From positions 1 through 62,819 of IMG/VR virus record IMGVR_UViG_3300038549_000020: 62,819 nt of DNA. One strand, 5' to 3'. The DNA is from a virus (taxonomy: Duplodnaviria > Caudoviricetes). The translations under genes were made by a program, and so were the position numbers. Every line of letters starts with the position of its first letter. Positions within the stretch are counted from its first letter, which is position 1. The notes under the pieces were generated by a model. The model was not told the DNA's origin. It worked only from the letters and a program-made list of their open reading frames with translations, and ran no database searches. Positions 9,329 through 18,159 of this stretch are shown in pieces.

Positions 9329-10656
9329 CTAATGATCCTTATCCGTGGGCGTGGCTGGAGATCCAGCTCGGCGCAGATGTACCGGGCGGCGTCACAGCCA
9401 TGGTCGTCAATCTTGAGTGGCTGTTCCTTGATCGCCTTGCCTGCGCCAGTGTCCCAGACGTATCCGGGGATCTCCTCGGCCGTGCAGGTGGGTTTCTTCG
9501 CGTCGATCAGCTCGGGGTCCCGCTCGACCAGGGAGTCTCGCAGGATGTACAGCCGGGGTCTGCCGTCGCCAGCGGGGGCGAGGCGTCCCTGCATGACCTG
9601 GATGCCGTCGGTGACGGTCTTCTTCGCCGGTGTGGTGCCCAGGCCCAGCTCACGTTCGAGGACGGCGCGGCCCTCCGCGTCGTGGTCGCAGATGATGGCG
9701 CGCGGTCGCGGTTCGGTCCACCGACCATCCTGGTCTCTGACCTGGGTGAGGGCATGTCTGGCGTGGACGTCGACGGTCCGGCGGGTGTGGTAGATCTCGC
9801 GGTACAGGTAGAGCCTGCCGTCGGGGTCGACGGCCCACCACTGGATGACCATCGGATTGGTGTAGCCGAAGTCGACCGACCAGTACCGGGTCCAGGTCGC
9901 GGGGATGTCGAAGCGGTCGATGAGGTGGGTGGCGGGGTCGTAGGTGTCGAAGATCTGCCCTTCGGCGGAGACCCAGAGGCCGCGCCGCAACCGCTGGTAG
10001 CGGGGGCCGGTGAGGTTGTCGAGTTTGGCGATGTACGCCTGCCCGGCTTCGGTGAGCTTGCCGTCGTCGTCGTACAGAACGGGATTGTCCTCGTGGCGGC
10101 TGTCGAGGATGCGGCACACCCCCCGATCACACCGGGCTTTGAGCCAGTGGGTAGGGGTGTCGGGGTTGGTGTCGGCCATGATCTGCTGAAAGCTGATCTT
10201 GCCATTGCGTAGGCGGGTCGTGATCGCGTCCCAGTCGCCCTCGGTGAGCTCGATCGCCTCCTGCACGTAGGCGATATCGAATTCTGACGACATGATCTTT
10301 GTCGGCTTGTCCATCCCACCGACGTTGATCACACTGCCGTTGCGGTACCGGTAGCCGGGGGATTCCTGGGTCGACCCCCCGTACCATTCCACCTCACCCA
10401 CCAGCTTCGCTTCCGGGATCACGAAGCGGTTCCATGTCACGAGGGCCGTGTTGCCCAGGCTCGCGAGGGTCTTGCGGATGACGATTCCCCGCATGCCCGG
10501 ATTCAGCAGGGCGAGCAGGTGCAGGCGCTCCAGCAGCGCGCGACTCTTGCCGGTGCCGGCCGGGCCGGACAGCAGCATCTCTGGATCACGGCACTCGAAC
10601 GCCTGCCGGCAGGCACCACGGGGAATGAACTGGTGACGGAGGACGGTAGTGGTCAT
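9325..10656 (-). CDS. terL: Terminase large subunit
   Basis: Walker A SGPAGTGKS, YVQEA, DTNP, nuclease SVDFGYTNP, DDHGCDAARY. Confidence 0.95.
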   Translation of the reverse strand: MTTTVLRHQFIPRGACRQAFECRDPEMLLSGPAGTGKSRALLERLHLLALLNPGMRGIVIRKTLASLGNTALVTWNRFVIPEAKLVGEVEWYGGSTQESPGYRYRNGSVINVGGMDKPTKIMSSEFDIAYVQEAIELTEGDWDAITTRLRNGKISFQQIMADTNPDTPTHWLKARCDRGVCRILDSRHEDNPVLYDDDGKLTEAGQAYIAKLDNLTGPRYQRLRRGLWVSAEGQIFDTYDPATHLIDRFDIPATWTRYWSVDFGYTNPMVIQWWAVDPDGRLYLYREIYHTRRTVDVHARHALTQVRDQDGRWTEPRPRAIICDHDAEGRAVLERELGLGTTPAKKTVTDGIQVMQGRLAPAGDGRPRLYILRDSLVERDPELIDAKKPTCTAEEIPGYVWDTGAGKAIKEQPLKIDDHGCDAARYICAELDLQPRPRIRIIR

Positions 10657-12074
10657 CAGGCGGTGAAGTCGTGTGGTTCCATGGTGCCGTCGTCAAGCAT
10701 CCTGTCCGGAATGACGCCAATGGCCTCCTGGAGGCGACGACAGATTAGGTCACAGTATGCGGGGCTGATCTCGCATCCGTAGCCGATGCGCTGCTCTTGG
10801 TGTGCCGCTAGGAGGGTTGTTCCTGAGCCTGCGAAGGGGTCGAGTACTGCATCGGTGGGGTCGGTGTACGCACGGATGAACCAGGCCGGCAGTGCGACGG
10901 GGAAGGCCGCTGAGTGTGTTCCGTCGCCCCCGGCCGGGATCTTGATCACATTGCTTGGCCTTGCCAGCCCAGCTCCGTAATTCCTGGCTCCTGCCGGTGC
11001 GTAGCCACCTTCGCGCATGTCCATGTGTGCGTCTGGGCTGTAGCGGAGCACGTCTTCGCTCACGTGCCCGTTGGCGAGCGGGTTGAACCTGATCGGCGCC
11101 GACGCGGCGAAGTGGAAAACGGGCTCCCACGCGTCCTTGAACCGGTTCGGAAAGGAGCCGGGGAACCCGTTGGAGGCGTCAACCCAGCAAAGCTCATCGA
11201 CGAACCGCCATCCCCACCTGCGTACGTGGGCGATCGTCAGGTCTTTGACGTACAGGTGCCGCTGACCGTCCTCGCAATGCTCCTTGATGTTGACGAACCA
11301 TGATCCATCGCTGGCCAGGACTGCTCTGACGTTGGCCTGAATCTCCTCGAACCAGTCGACATAGCCATCCGGCGGTATCGGAGTGAAGCCGCTCGACTCA
11401 TCGTATGTGCGCTGCGACGCGTACGGCGGGCTTGTGAAGGCGAGGTTGACCCTGACCCCATCCATCAGGCGCTCGATCACGTCGAAGTCGCGACAGTCCC
11501 CACAGATGAGCCTGTGGCGTCCGATCCTCCACAAGTCGCCCCGCTTGCTGACTGGATCCGCTGGCGGAGACGGTGGCGCCGCCGGTCCGTCGTCGAGTGC
11601 GGGCGGGAGTTCGGTCACCTCGCCTTCGCCGAGGAGTTCGGCCAGATCGTCATCGCTGAATCCGGTCAGGTGCGCCAGTTCGGCGTCAACCTCGGCGATG
11701 GAACCCACCAGGGCGGCCAGCTCCCCGGCGTCCCATCCGCCGAGTTCGGTGTATCGGTTGTCAGCGACCAGGTATGCGTCCGCCTCGGCGTCCGACCGTG
11801 ACGCCCAGCCGCAGACGACCGGGACCATCCACTCGTCGCCCTGGACCTGGATGCCGGCGGGCGGAGACTGTCCGGACTCCCGTAGCGCCGTGAGCGCCTC
11901 GAGGCGGCCATGCCCGGCGACCAGTCGTCCGGTGCGCTCGTCGAGCAGGGCTGGCTGCGTGAAGCCGAATCGGCCGATGGATCGGCGTACGCCGTCGATG
12001 TCGTGGCGCTTGGGGTTGCTGGTGGCCGAGAGGATGGCCGACAGTGGGCGGTATTCGATGCGTCGGTCGCTCAT
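10656..12074 (-). CDS. ParB-N domain plus beta-class DNA N4-C/N6-A methyltransferase
   Basis: NPKRHD...LVAGHGRL (ParB); FTSPPY; LDPFAGSGTT; start MSDRRIEY overlaps the terS stop. Confidence 0.9.
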   Translation of the reverse strand: MSDRRIEYRPLSAILSATSNPKRHDIDGVRRSIGRFGFTQPALLDERTGRLVAGHGRLEALTALRESGQSPPAGIQVQGDEWMVPVVCGWASRSDAEADAYLVADNRYTELGGWDAGELAALVGSIAEVDAELAHLTGFSDDDLAELLGEGEVTELPPALDDGPAAPPSPPADPVSKRGDLWRIGRHRLICGDCRDFDVIERLMDGVRVNLAFTSPPYASQRTYDESSGFTPIPPDGYVDWFEEIQANVRAVLASDGSWFVNIKEHCEDGQRHLYVKDLTIAHVRRWGWRFVDELCWVDASNGFPGSFPNRFKDAWEPVFHFAASAPIRFNPLANGHVSEDVLRYSPDAHMDMREGGYAPAGARNYGAGLARPSNVIKIPAGGDGTHSAAFPVALPAWFIRAYTDPTDAVLDPFAGSGTTLLAAHQEQRIGYGCEISPAYCDLICRRLQEAIGVIPDRMLDDGTMEPHDFTA

Positions 12075-12565
12075 CGCAGTTTCTCCATGTCGACGCCGTC
12101 GACGGTGTAGCGGACGGTAACGCCACCACTGATGTCGGTCTTGACGGGTTCGTTGAGGCCGAACAGGAGTGCCCGTTGCCGGCTGATGGCGGTCAGGACC
12201 TTGATGGCCGAGAGGATGGGGCCGTCGTCGACGAGTGGGACGTCTCTTCCTGCGTCGGGATCTGGGATGGTGACGATTTCTCCACTGGAGACGACGTAAT
12301 GACGGCGGGCCATGACGGCGAGGGCGACGCGTTCGAGTCGATCGAGCTTGTCTGACTCGATCATGCGTCGGAGGTCGACGGCTACGGCTGGCCGCTCCGC
12401 GTTGGCCTTCTTGAGCTGCTGGCTGACGGCGGCTTGCGTTATGCCGTAGTGCTCGGCGATCTGTTGCTGTGAGTGACCGTTGACGATCATGCGCATCATT
12501 TCGGCGCGTCGTTCGGCCATAAGCGCACGCTGCCGTGATCTTGACGTTTTGTCCTGATCTGTCAC
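12071..12565 (-). CDS. Putative terminase small subunit (N-terminal HTH)
   Basis: GHSQQQIAEHYGITQAAVSQ HTH, RALLFGLNEP; upstream of the MTase and terL. Confidence 0.7.
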   Translation of the reverse strand: MTDQDKTSRSRQRALMAERRAEMMRMIVNGHSQQQIAEHYGITQAAVSQQLKKANAERPAVAVDLRRMIESDKLDRLERVALAVMARRHYVVSSGEIVTIPDPDAGRDVPLVDDGPILSAIKVLTAISRQRALLFGLNEPVKTDISGGVTVRYTVDGVDMEKLR

Positions 12566-12758
12566 GGCACCCCGCCTTATATAAGCGCCCTGTATAAGGC
12601 TGCGTATAAGGTGGATCATAGGCCGTCATGATCGCCAGACGCCACGCCGCGCGTAAGATAATGACGGTTATCCAACGCGATCGGTTACGCTCCGAAACGC
12701 CGGCGGCTACTGTCCGACGACGTGAGCAGGGCCGATCCGGGGCCGTTATGGTGACGGG

Positions 12759-13061
12759 ATGAGTGTCGACAGGTCCGCGCAGTCCAATGATCAGCAGCCC
12801 TACGCCAACGGCACGGTGACTTGGCGGGACGGTGGGCTAACGCCACTCGTGGAGCGCGACTCGACGACACTGCCGACCCTCATGACAGTCGAGCTGCTGC
12901 GAAGCAAGTTTGTGGTGGTTGCCCATGGAGACACGGTTTGCCTTGGCGTAGACAAAAGCGAGTCCCCGGTGCTCTACCGGATCACCGGATGGGATTCGGC
13001 GATGAAGGCGTTCATTCTCCACCCAGTCGCGCATGACGAGGACGAAGCCGCCAGGTTCTGA
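12759..13061 (+). CDS. Hypothetical protein
   Basis: Natural composition; overlaps a convergent ORF. Confidence 0.4.
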   Translation: MSVDRSAQSNDQQPYANGTVTWRDGGLTPLVERDSTTLPTLMTVELLRSKFVVVAHGDTVCLGVDKSESPVLYRITGWDSAMKAFILHPVAHDEDEAARF

Positions 13062-13268
13062 TTCCGACTCGACCCGTGGCGAGCGCACGACCTCGACACA
13101 GCCAAGGCCGCCGACGACCTCCAGGATGTCCGGATCAGCGAACATCTCGACGTAGGCCATCACTGGCTGTCCACCCTGGACGTCGATGACGATCCGCCTC
13201 GTCATCTTGGGATCGACGCCGAGCTTGTCACAGATATCGCGCAATGGGGACAGGGCTTGCTTACTCAT
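12837..13268 (-). CDS. Hypothetical protein
   Basis: Plausible N-terminal half (LGVDPKMTRRIVIDV); 3' part overlaps the convergent ORF. Confidence 0.45.
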   Translation of the reverse strand: MSKQALSPLRDICDKLGVDPKMTRRIVIDVQGGQPVMAYVEMFADPDILEVVGGLGCVEVVRSPRVESESEPGGFVLVMRDWVENERLHRRIPSGDPVEHRGLAFVYAKANRVSMGNHHKLASQQLDCHEGRQCRRVALHEWR

Positions 13269-13560
13269 CGTGCATGCCTTCCGCTAGGTCAAGCGTCCGT
13301 TCCATGTCCCGCACGGGCCACCGTCGCACCAACCACCGCATCCACCAGGCCGAGCGGTGCTGCCTCGGTGAGCGTCTGGTTGACGGTGATGATCCCGAGC
13401 GGTACAGCCGCGTCTCTGCTGGCGACGTCGGGCAGGCTGCACGCATCTCGATCCATCCGGCCATGATGGCACAGCGGCGTGTGGCGCAAGCCAATCAAGC
13501 CTGACCGTTGGCGCCAGCGCGGACGATGCCAACGCGACTTGCCGCCATGATCCGCCTGTG

Positions 13561-13857
13561 TCAGGGTCGCACGCCGGGCCAATCCCTGCGGGAGAGCCTG
13601 ATCGTGCGGACGATCTTCACCGACCCGTCCGCCTCGCTAACGATCCTTATTCCGCTAGGGCCGGTGGCGTACTCGGTCACGGTTACCGTGTCGCCTGAGG
13701 GAGTGCTTTCGACCTCGACACGGCACACGCGCTTCGGGTCGACGTCGATGCCCCTGAGCCAGTCGCACCAGGAGTCCCGCCGCGAGCAGTGTGGACATGC
13801 GCCGAGTGTAGTGGTGCGGCTTGCGGCGGCATCTCCGAATGTTGGTGGCACCAACAT
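13561..13857 (-). CDS. Hypothetical protein (start uncertain)
   Basis: WCDWLRGIDVDPKRVCRVEV segment. Confidence 0.35.
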   Translation of the reverse strand: MLVPPTFGDAAASRTTTLGACPHCSRRDSWCDWLRGIDVDPKRVCRVEVESTPSGDTVTVTEYATGPSGIRIVSEADGSVKIVRTIRLSRRDWPGVRP

Positions 13858-13922
13858 TGACCGCCGCACAATCATCATGCCCACCGATATAACGCGCTGT
13901 ATACTGTCCACTGACAAGGGAG

Positions 13923-14111
13923 GTGGAGAGGATGGCGAGAGCGCGCAGGCGGCAGTACATGCCAACGCTGACCGTACGTCAGCACCCCTACACCGAGTCA
14001 GTGACGGTCGTGGGATGCTGCGCCCAATGTGGACTGCCAGAGGCCAACCGGGTACACACGGTCGTGTCGGCGTGGGATGTGGCGCAGCTTGCGGCAGGGG
14101 AAGCGGCATAG
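13923..14111 (+). CDS. Small Zn-binding protein (HxY...CxxC...H)
   Basis: GGAGAGG RBS; probable ATG start at 13932. Confidence 0.5.
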   Translation: MERMARARRRQYMPTLTVRQHPYTESVTVVGCCAQCGLPEANRVHTVVSAWDVAQLAAGEAA

Positions 14112-14138
14112 GCTCCCAGTGTGCCGTGAAGACAATGG

Positions 14139-14384
14139 TCAGGATGACTGGCGCGTGACGGCGGCCAGGCCGACGGCGCAATCCTTGGCCTCGCGAAGTT
14201 TGCGCAGCGCCACGACCAACTCCGGGTCGTCCGGGAGTGCCTGGAGCAGACCCTCGGCGAGACGGGCGAACTCTGCCGACAGTGCCCGCACCTGCGGGTC
14301 GCGCAGATGCTCGAACTCCATGAACCGCAGGATGCCGGTAACAGACGGGTGGCGGTCGGAGAACTGGGCGAAGAACTTGGTCAC
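14139..14384 (-). CDS. Small helical-hairpin phage protein, possible signal-sponge family
   Basis: RHPSV..ILRFMEFEHL...LPDDPELVVALRKLREAKDCAV; start reassigned to GTG at 14384. Confidence 0.7.
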   Translation of the reverse strand: MTKFFAQFSDRHPSVTGILRFMEFEHLRDPQVRALSAEFARLAEGLLQALPDDPELVVALRKLREAKDCAVGLAAVTRQSS

Positions 14385-14619
14385 GATTGCAGCATATCTG
14401 TCAACAATCGGGCCGCGTGACGCCCAGGCCGCACCAGCCCGGGCGTCACGCTCGATACGGATCCGGCCGGCGTCTGCCAGACCCGCACCACCCATCGGTG
14501 GGCGACAGAGCCGGCTCGTCGGGATGCCGGATCCCGCCAGCACAAACGGCCCACACCGATAGTGGCGCCGGGTGCGGCCGGGGCTGACATCCACTCTGAG
14601 CGTCGCCCAAATTGGTATG

Positions 14620-14690
14620 TGTGTCTGGATGGATTCGAACCACCAACCTCCGGCGCGAAGACCGTCGCTCTGCCGTTGAGCTACAGACAT
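14620..14690 (-). tRNA. Atypical tRNA-Arg(TCG)-like gene with a 6-nt anticodon loop
   Basis: ATGTCTG-TA-GCTC AACGGCA GAGC-G-ACGGT CTTCGC GCCGG-AGGTT-GGTGG TTCGAAT CCATC-CAGACAC-A. Confidence 0.65.
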
Positions 14691-14754
14691 CGCCAGGTGA
14701 TCAGTCCTGGCGGAGCGGCTTCGCCAGCGGTGATCAGCCGCAGGTTGCCACCCG

Positions 14755-14854
14755 TGGCTCCGGCGGGATTCGAACCCGCGTCTCCCGATCCTGCTCGGGC
14801 GCCCTACCTCGGACTACCTCGTGCGGCGTGGTGCGTCCTCTGGGCTACGGTGCC
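14755..14854 (-). tRNA. tRNA-like element with a 37-nt D-loop and a 6-nt anticodon loop
   Basis: GGCACCG/CGGAGCC acceptor; GCCC/GGGC D-stem around 37 nt; CCCGA GCAGGA TCGGG; GCGGG TTCGAAT CCCGC. Confidence 0.6.
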
Positions 14855-14939
14855 AGCGATGGCCATGTGCTTGTTAGCCCGGCCACCAGGGCTATCGCGT
14901 CCCGCTCCATGCGGTGCTGGGGGCGGATCGGCCGCGTCG

Positions 14940-15013
14940 TGGCGAGGACGGGATTTGAACCCGTGACCTCTGGGTTATGGGCCCAGCGAGCTACCGAGCT
15001 GCTCTACCTCGCG
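14940..15013 (-). tRNA. tRNA-fMet(CAT) with C33
   Basis: CGCGAGG acceptor with 1:72 mismatch; three G-C anticodon-stem pairs; loop CCCATAA; TTCAAAT T-loop. Confidence 0.88.
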
Positions 15014-15291
15014 TCGCACCGCTCAGCCCCATGTCGCTGAGCGGCGGTGGCCATCATACCGGCGCGGCAGTCTCGGCGAAGAGGTCCAGCTGACCCGACA
15101 CGGTCGGCTCTGGTCGTCGGGGAGCGACAAGCGCCCCGGATCCCGCCACGACAAGCCCGGCCAGCAGGGCATGCCACCGTCCCCCGCAGGGGCATGCGCA
15201 CTGCGCCGTCTCACTGCCCGATGCGGTCAGGCAGCGGGACGAGCATCCCCCTGCGGCGAGGAGCTGGCGGACGGTCAGGTCAGGCATTCGG

Positions 15292-15504
15292 TCAGTCTCC
15301 ACCGCTTCGGTTCGTCGAGACCCCGGCCGCCGCGAGGTCGACGACGACGAATCCATAGTCGTCGTCCGGCAGTTCGACGGCGACGACGAGCATGCCGTCG
15401 TGTGATCGCACGACTTGCCCCGTGATGTGGACTGTGACCTGTGACCCTGGCGGATACTCGCGGTCGTCGGGCAGGCCGAAGACCGCGTCGAAGGGGTCAG
15501 TCAT
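15292..15504 (-). CDS. Hypothetical protein
   Basis: Overlaps the stop of the upstream HTH gene. Confidence 0.5.
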   Translation of the reverse strand: MTDPFDAVFGLPDDREYPPGSQVTVHITGQVVRSHDGMLVVAVELPDDDYGFVVVDLAAAGVSTNRSGGD

Positions 15505-15706
15505 CGGTGGATTCGGCAGAGTCCTCGCAGATGCGTCTGATCTGCTCTCTCGTCAGACCGGCCGCCTTGACGAGGTCGACCTGACGCACACCACGGAGCT
15601 TGTCCTCGCGGATGAGGTCGACCAGGTTCGCGCGGACCTCCTTGAGCTGAGTCTCCAGGCGGCCTCTGCGAGCCGCGAGTCGAGCGATCTCCGGGTTTGG
15701 TTCCAT
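15497..15706 (-). CDS. Small coiled-coil plus HTH regulator
   Basis: GVRQVDLVKAAGLTREQIRRIC. Confidence 0.75.
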   Translation of the reverse strand: MEPNPEIARLAARRGRLETQLKEVRANLVDLIREDKLRGVRQVDLVKAAGLTREQIRRICEDSAESTDD

Positions 15707-15771
15707 GCCTCATTGTTGCATACCGTCTAGGCCACTTGCCAATGCCACATGACGTGGCCTACACTATTGGC
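15707..15771. promoter_or_regulatory. Divergent promoter with inverted-repeat operator
   Basis: TTGCCA...TACACT ahead of a leaderless-type ATG at 15772; inverted repeat TAGGCCAC...GTGGCCTA. Confidence 0.6.
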
Positions 15772-16311
15772 ATGACGCAGACGACCACAGCCCGCAAGGC
15801 CATCGCTGGCCAGGCAGACATCCGCCTGACCACCACGGTCACCGGGGTGTACGTCGTCACCATCGCCTACGCCAGCACCGGCCAGGTCGTTCACACCTGG
15901 GCGACCGACAGCGCCAGCGACGCGGAGACCGGCTTTCTCCGCCGGGTATACGCCTTCGGGCGCGGCCTGACGATCGACGCAGCGCTCGACCTCATGGGTC
16001 AGGGCGGTGTCACGCCGTCCGCGTCGACCGAGACCGCCGATGAGCCGGTCGTCATCCTCGCCCCTGCGTCGAAGGGGCAGCAGACGGCGATGTCCAGGGC
16101 TCAGGCCCACGTCATCGCCGAGGCGACCGCTGGCTACATCCGGCGGGGGCGCGGCTTCGGCGCCGCGAGCATCGCCCAGTTGAAGGCCATGGCGAAGCGT
16201 GACTTCGTCCGGCTGGACGTACGTGCTGTCGGTGGCCGCCAGTTCATCGAGGGCGGCACCGTCACCACCTGGGGTCAGCGACGCGCCGATGAGGTCATGG
16301 CCACCACCTGA
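15772..16311 (+). CDS. Hypothetical protein, possible C-terminal winged helix
   Basis: First gene after the promoter. Confidence 0.6.
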   Translation: MTQTTTARKAIAGQADIRLTTTVTGVYVVTIAYASTGQVVHTWATDSASDAETGFLRRVYAFGRGLTIDAALDLMGQGGVTPSASTETADEPVVILAPASKGQQTAMSRAQAHVIAEATAGYIRRGRGFGAASIAQLKAMAKRDFVRLDVRAVGGRQFIEGGTVTTWGQRRADEVMATT

Positions 16312-16398
16312 CGTGCTGCGGGGCCGGCGGCGTGATCAGATCCCCGGCGGCTCCGCAGCGATCAACCCGACCGACACCATCCTTGAGGAGACGCCACG

Positions 16399-16935
16399 AT
16401 GGACCCGATCCGCATCCCGGCCACGCAGGTCCTCCCCGGTCACACCGTGTTCTTGCGGTACGGCCGTGACCTCCTGGTCGACGTCGACCAGGTGTTCGCC
16501 GAGCACACCGACACGCACCCTGTGCCGGGCGATTGCCGGGGCACGGTGATCCGGCTGGTTGGTGCGGTGCGCTACCCGCAGTGCGACACAGCGCACGACT
16601 ACACCGCCACCAGCAGACACAGGACCACCACCAGGCTCACCGTGGTGGCCGACCGGAATGAACCGATCGGCCACCGGGACGGGTGGAACGACCTCACCAG
16701 GATCGTTCGCCACTACGACCGGGACAGGCGGATGCACATGGTGTGGACCCTCGACAACGACGAGCCGATCGGCCATGGCGGCAGGTTCGTTGGCACGATC
16801 TTCCGCGTCCCGCATGACGGCGGCGCCTGGTGGTGGCATGTCGACTGTGGGCGCGGCGGGCGCCAGATCGGGAACTACATCGACGTCGAGGCCTCGCTGC
16901 TGGCTGCTGGCGTCGAGAGGGACGGCTCCCGGTGA
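16399..16935 (+). CDS. Hypothetical protein
   Basis: GAGGAG RBS; short internal EPIGH repeat. Confidence 0.6.
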   Translation: MDPIRIPATQVLPGHTVFLRYGRDLLVDVDQVFAEHTDTHPVPGDCRGTVIRLVGAVRYPQCDTAHDYTATSRHRTTTRLTVVADRNEPIGHRDGWNDLTRIVRHYDRDRRMHMVWTLDNDEPIGHGGRFVGTIFRVPHDGGAWWWHVDCGRGGRQIGNYIDVEASLLAAGVERDGSR

Positions 16936-17162
16936 TCAGCAAACGGTTCAGTGGCGTTGTGGTCGGTGACTTCGTCCGGCTGCGGGGTGGACGGCTGAAC
17001 GCACACCTGACCGACCGGTGGCACCGGATCGTCACGGTCGACCGCGACGCCATCACCATGATCGACCGGCGCGGGACGACGCGCCGGATCAGCTTCGAGT
17101 TCTCGCGCGGTGTCCGGTTCCACGTATGGGAGCCGGGCGATGACCGTAACGACCAGGCATGA
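16932..17162 (+). CDS. Small hypothetical protein
   Basis: GTGA overlap with the previous gene. Confidence 0.5.
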   Translation: MISKRFSGVVVGDFVRLRGGRLNAHLTDRWHRIVTVDRDAITMIDRRGTTRRISFEFSRGVRFHVWEPGDDRNDQA

Positions 17163-17173
17163 GAGGACAGACC

Positions 17174-17533
17174 ATGACGGAAGCATTCCTTGACCCGGCG
17201 CGCACCGTACGCGCATTCAAGATCCACCTGACCGCCGGCGGGAAGCGGGTCGGACACGTCCCGTTCGAGCGCGACGGCGCCAACCGCGCCGTCTTCGAGT
17301 GGCACACCGACACGCAGGCGCTCAACCACGCGATCAGCGCCGCGCTCAAGGCCGGACTCGGCCAGTGTCGCGAGAGGATCGACGACTACAAGATCGACGT
17401 GACGTACATGGATCCCGTCTACGACCCGGATCGCGACCTGTACGTCGATCCGGTGACCGGGGTGGAGGATTCCGGGTGCCGCGCGAAGCGGCTGGTCGAG
17501 GAGTCGAGCCCGACCGCGTTCTGGGGTGACTGA
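17174..17533 (+). CDS. Hypothetical protein
   Basis: GAGAGGA RBS. Confidence 0.6.
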   Translation: MTEAFLDPARTVRAFKIHLTAGGKRVGHVPFERDGANRAVFEWHTDTQALNHAISAALKAGLGQCRERIDDYKIDVTYMDPVYDPDRDLYVDPVTGVEDSGCRAKRLVEESSPTAFWGD

Positions 17534-17551
17534 CCACCCCACGTTCGGACC

Positions 17552-17575
17552 AGGGCGCTCCTTCGGGGGCGCCTT
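17552..17575 (+). terminator. GC hairpin with TTCG loop, probable terminator
   Basis: AGGGCGCTCC TTCG GGGGCGCCTT at the operon end. Confidence 0.6.
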
Positions 17576-17673
17576 CGCCGTGTGCCGATCATCCGACCAG
17601 ACCGGCACCGATCAAGCGACCCGCTACGTGTGATATCGGTGCGCACCTCGCCACACCGTGTCACCATGCCGAC

Positions 17674-18147
17674 GTGACCTCCACGCGTCGTAACCTGATC
17701 ATCGTCATTGCCGGGCTCGTCGCCGCTGTCCTCATCGTCGGCGGAACCCTCGTAGCGGCCGATGTGGTCGGCCTCGCCATCCGTACCGCCACCGGACATC
17801 CATCCGCCACCCCATCCCAGCTCGGCGAGGTGGAGTCGATCGCCCAGTTGCGGCGGGAGCTGACCAGTCGGGGCCTGCCGGAGTGCGGCGGGTATGAGGC
17901 GATCGACTCGCCCACCGGATCGCGGGAGCGCGGGCGCTGCTGGGTTGGCACGGCAGAGATCGTGATCGGGGTGTACGTCGACCACGCGTCCGCTGCTGCC
18001 CAGTGGGACCGGAAGGCCACCCTCCTGGAGGGTGTCACCGATCTGTGCATGGCCACCGGTACCAACTGGACGGTTGACGGCGATGACTGCGGATACGTGC
18101 GCAGGGCTGCCGAGGTGACCGGAGCCCGGTACCAGCAGCAGCCCTGA
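17674..18147 (+). CDS. Membrane-anchored exported protein with Cys pairs
   Basis: N-terminal TM helix, S/T/P linker, G.NWTV motif. Confidence 0.65.
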   Translation: MTSTRRNLIIVIAGLVAAVLIVGGTLVAADVVGLAIRTATGHPSATPSQLGEVESIAQLRRELTSRGLPECGGYEAIDSPTGSRERGRCWVGTAEIVIGVYVDHASAAAQWDRKATLLEGVTDLCMATGTNWTVDGDDCGYVRRAAEVTGARYQQQP

Positions 18148-18159
18148 AACGCAGCCTGA

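Larger units (their letters stand above)
14390..15050 (-). ncRNA. Candidate large structured RNA containing three tRNA/tRNA-like modules
   Basis: No credible ORF; dense hairpins and long-range complementarity; TATGAT -10 at 15058-15053. Confidence 0.5.

Noticed and set aside
10656-12074. ParB-methyltransferase fusion as a novel system
   Set aside because: A common arrangement next to terminase genes; no cognate nuclease or modification cluster seen.
10656-12629. 657-aa ORF as a single methyltransferase
   Set aside because: The first ~185 aa are an off-frame overlap of terS; the real start is the ATG at 12074.
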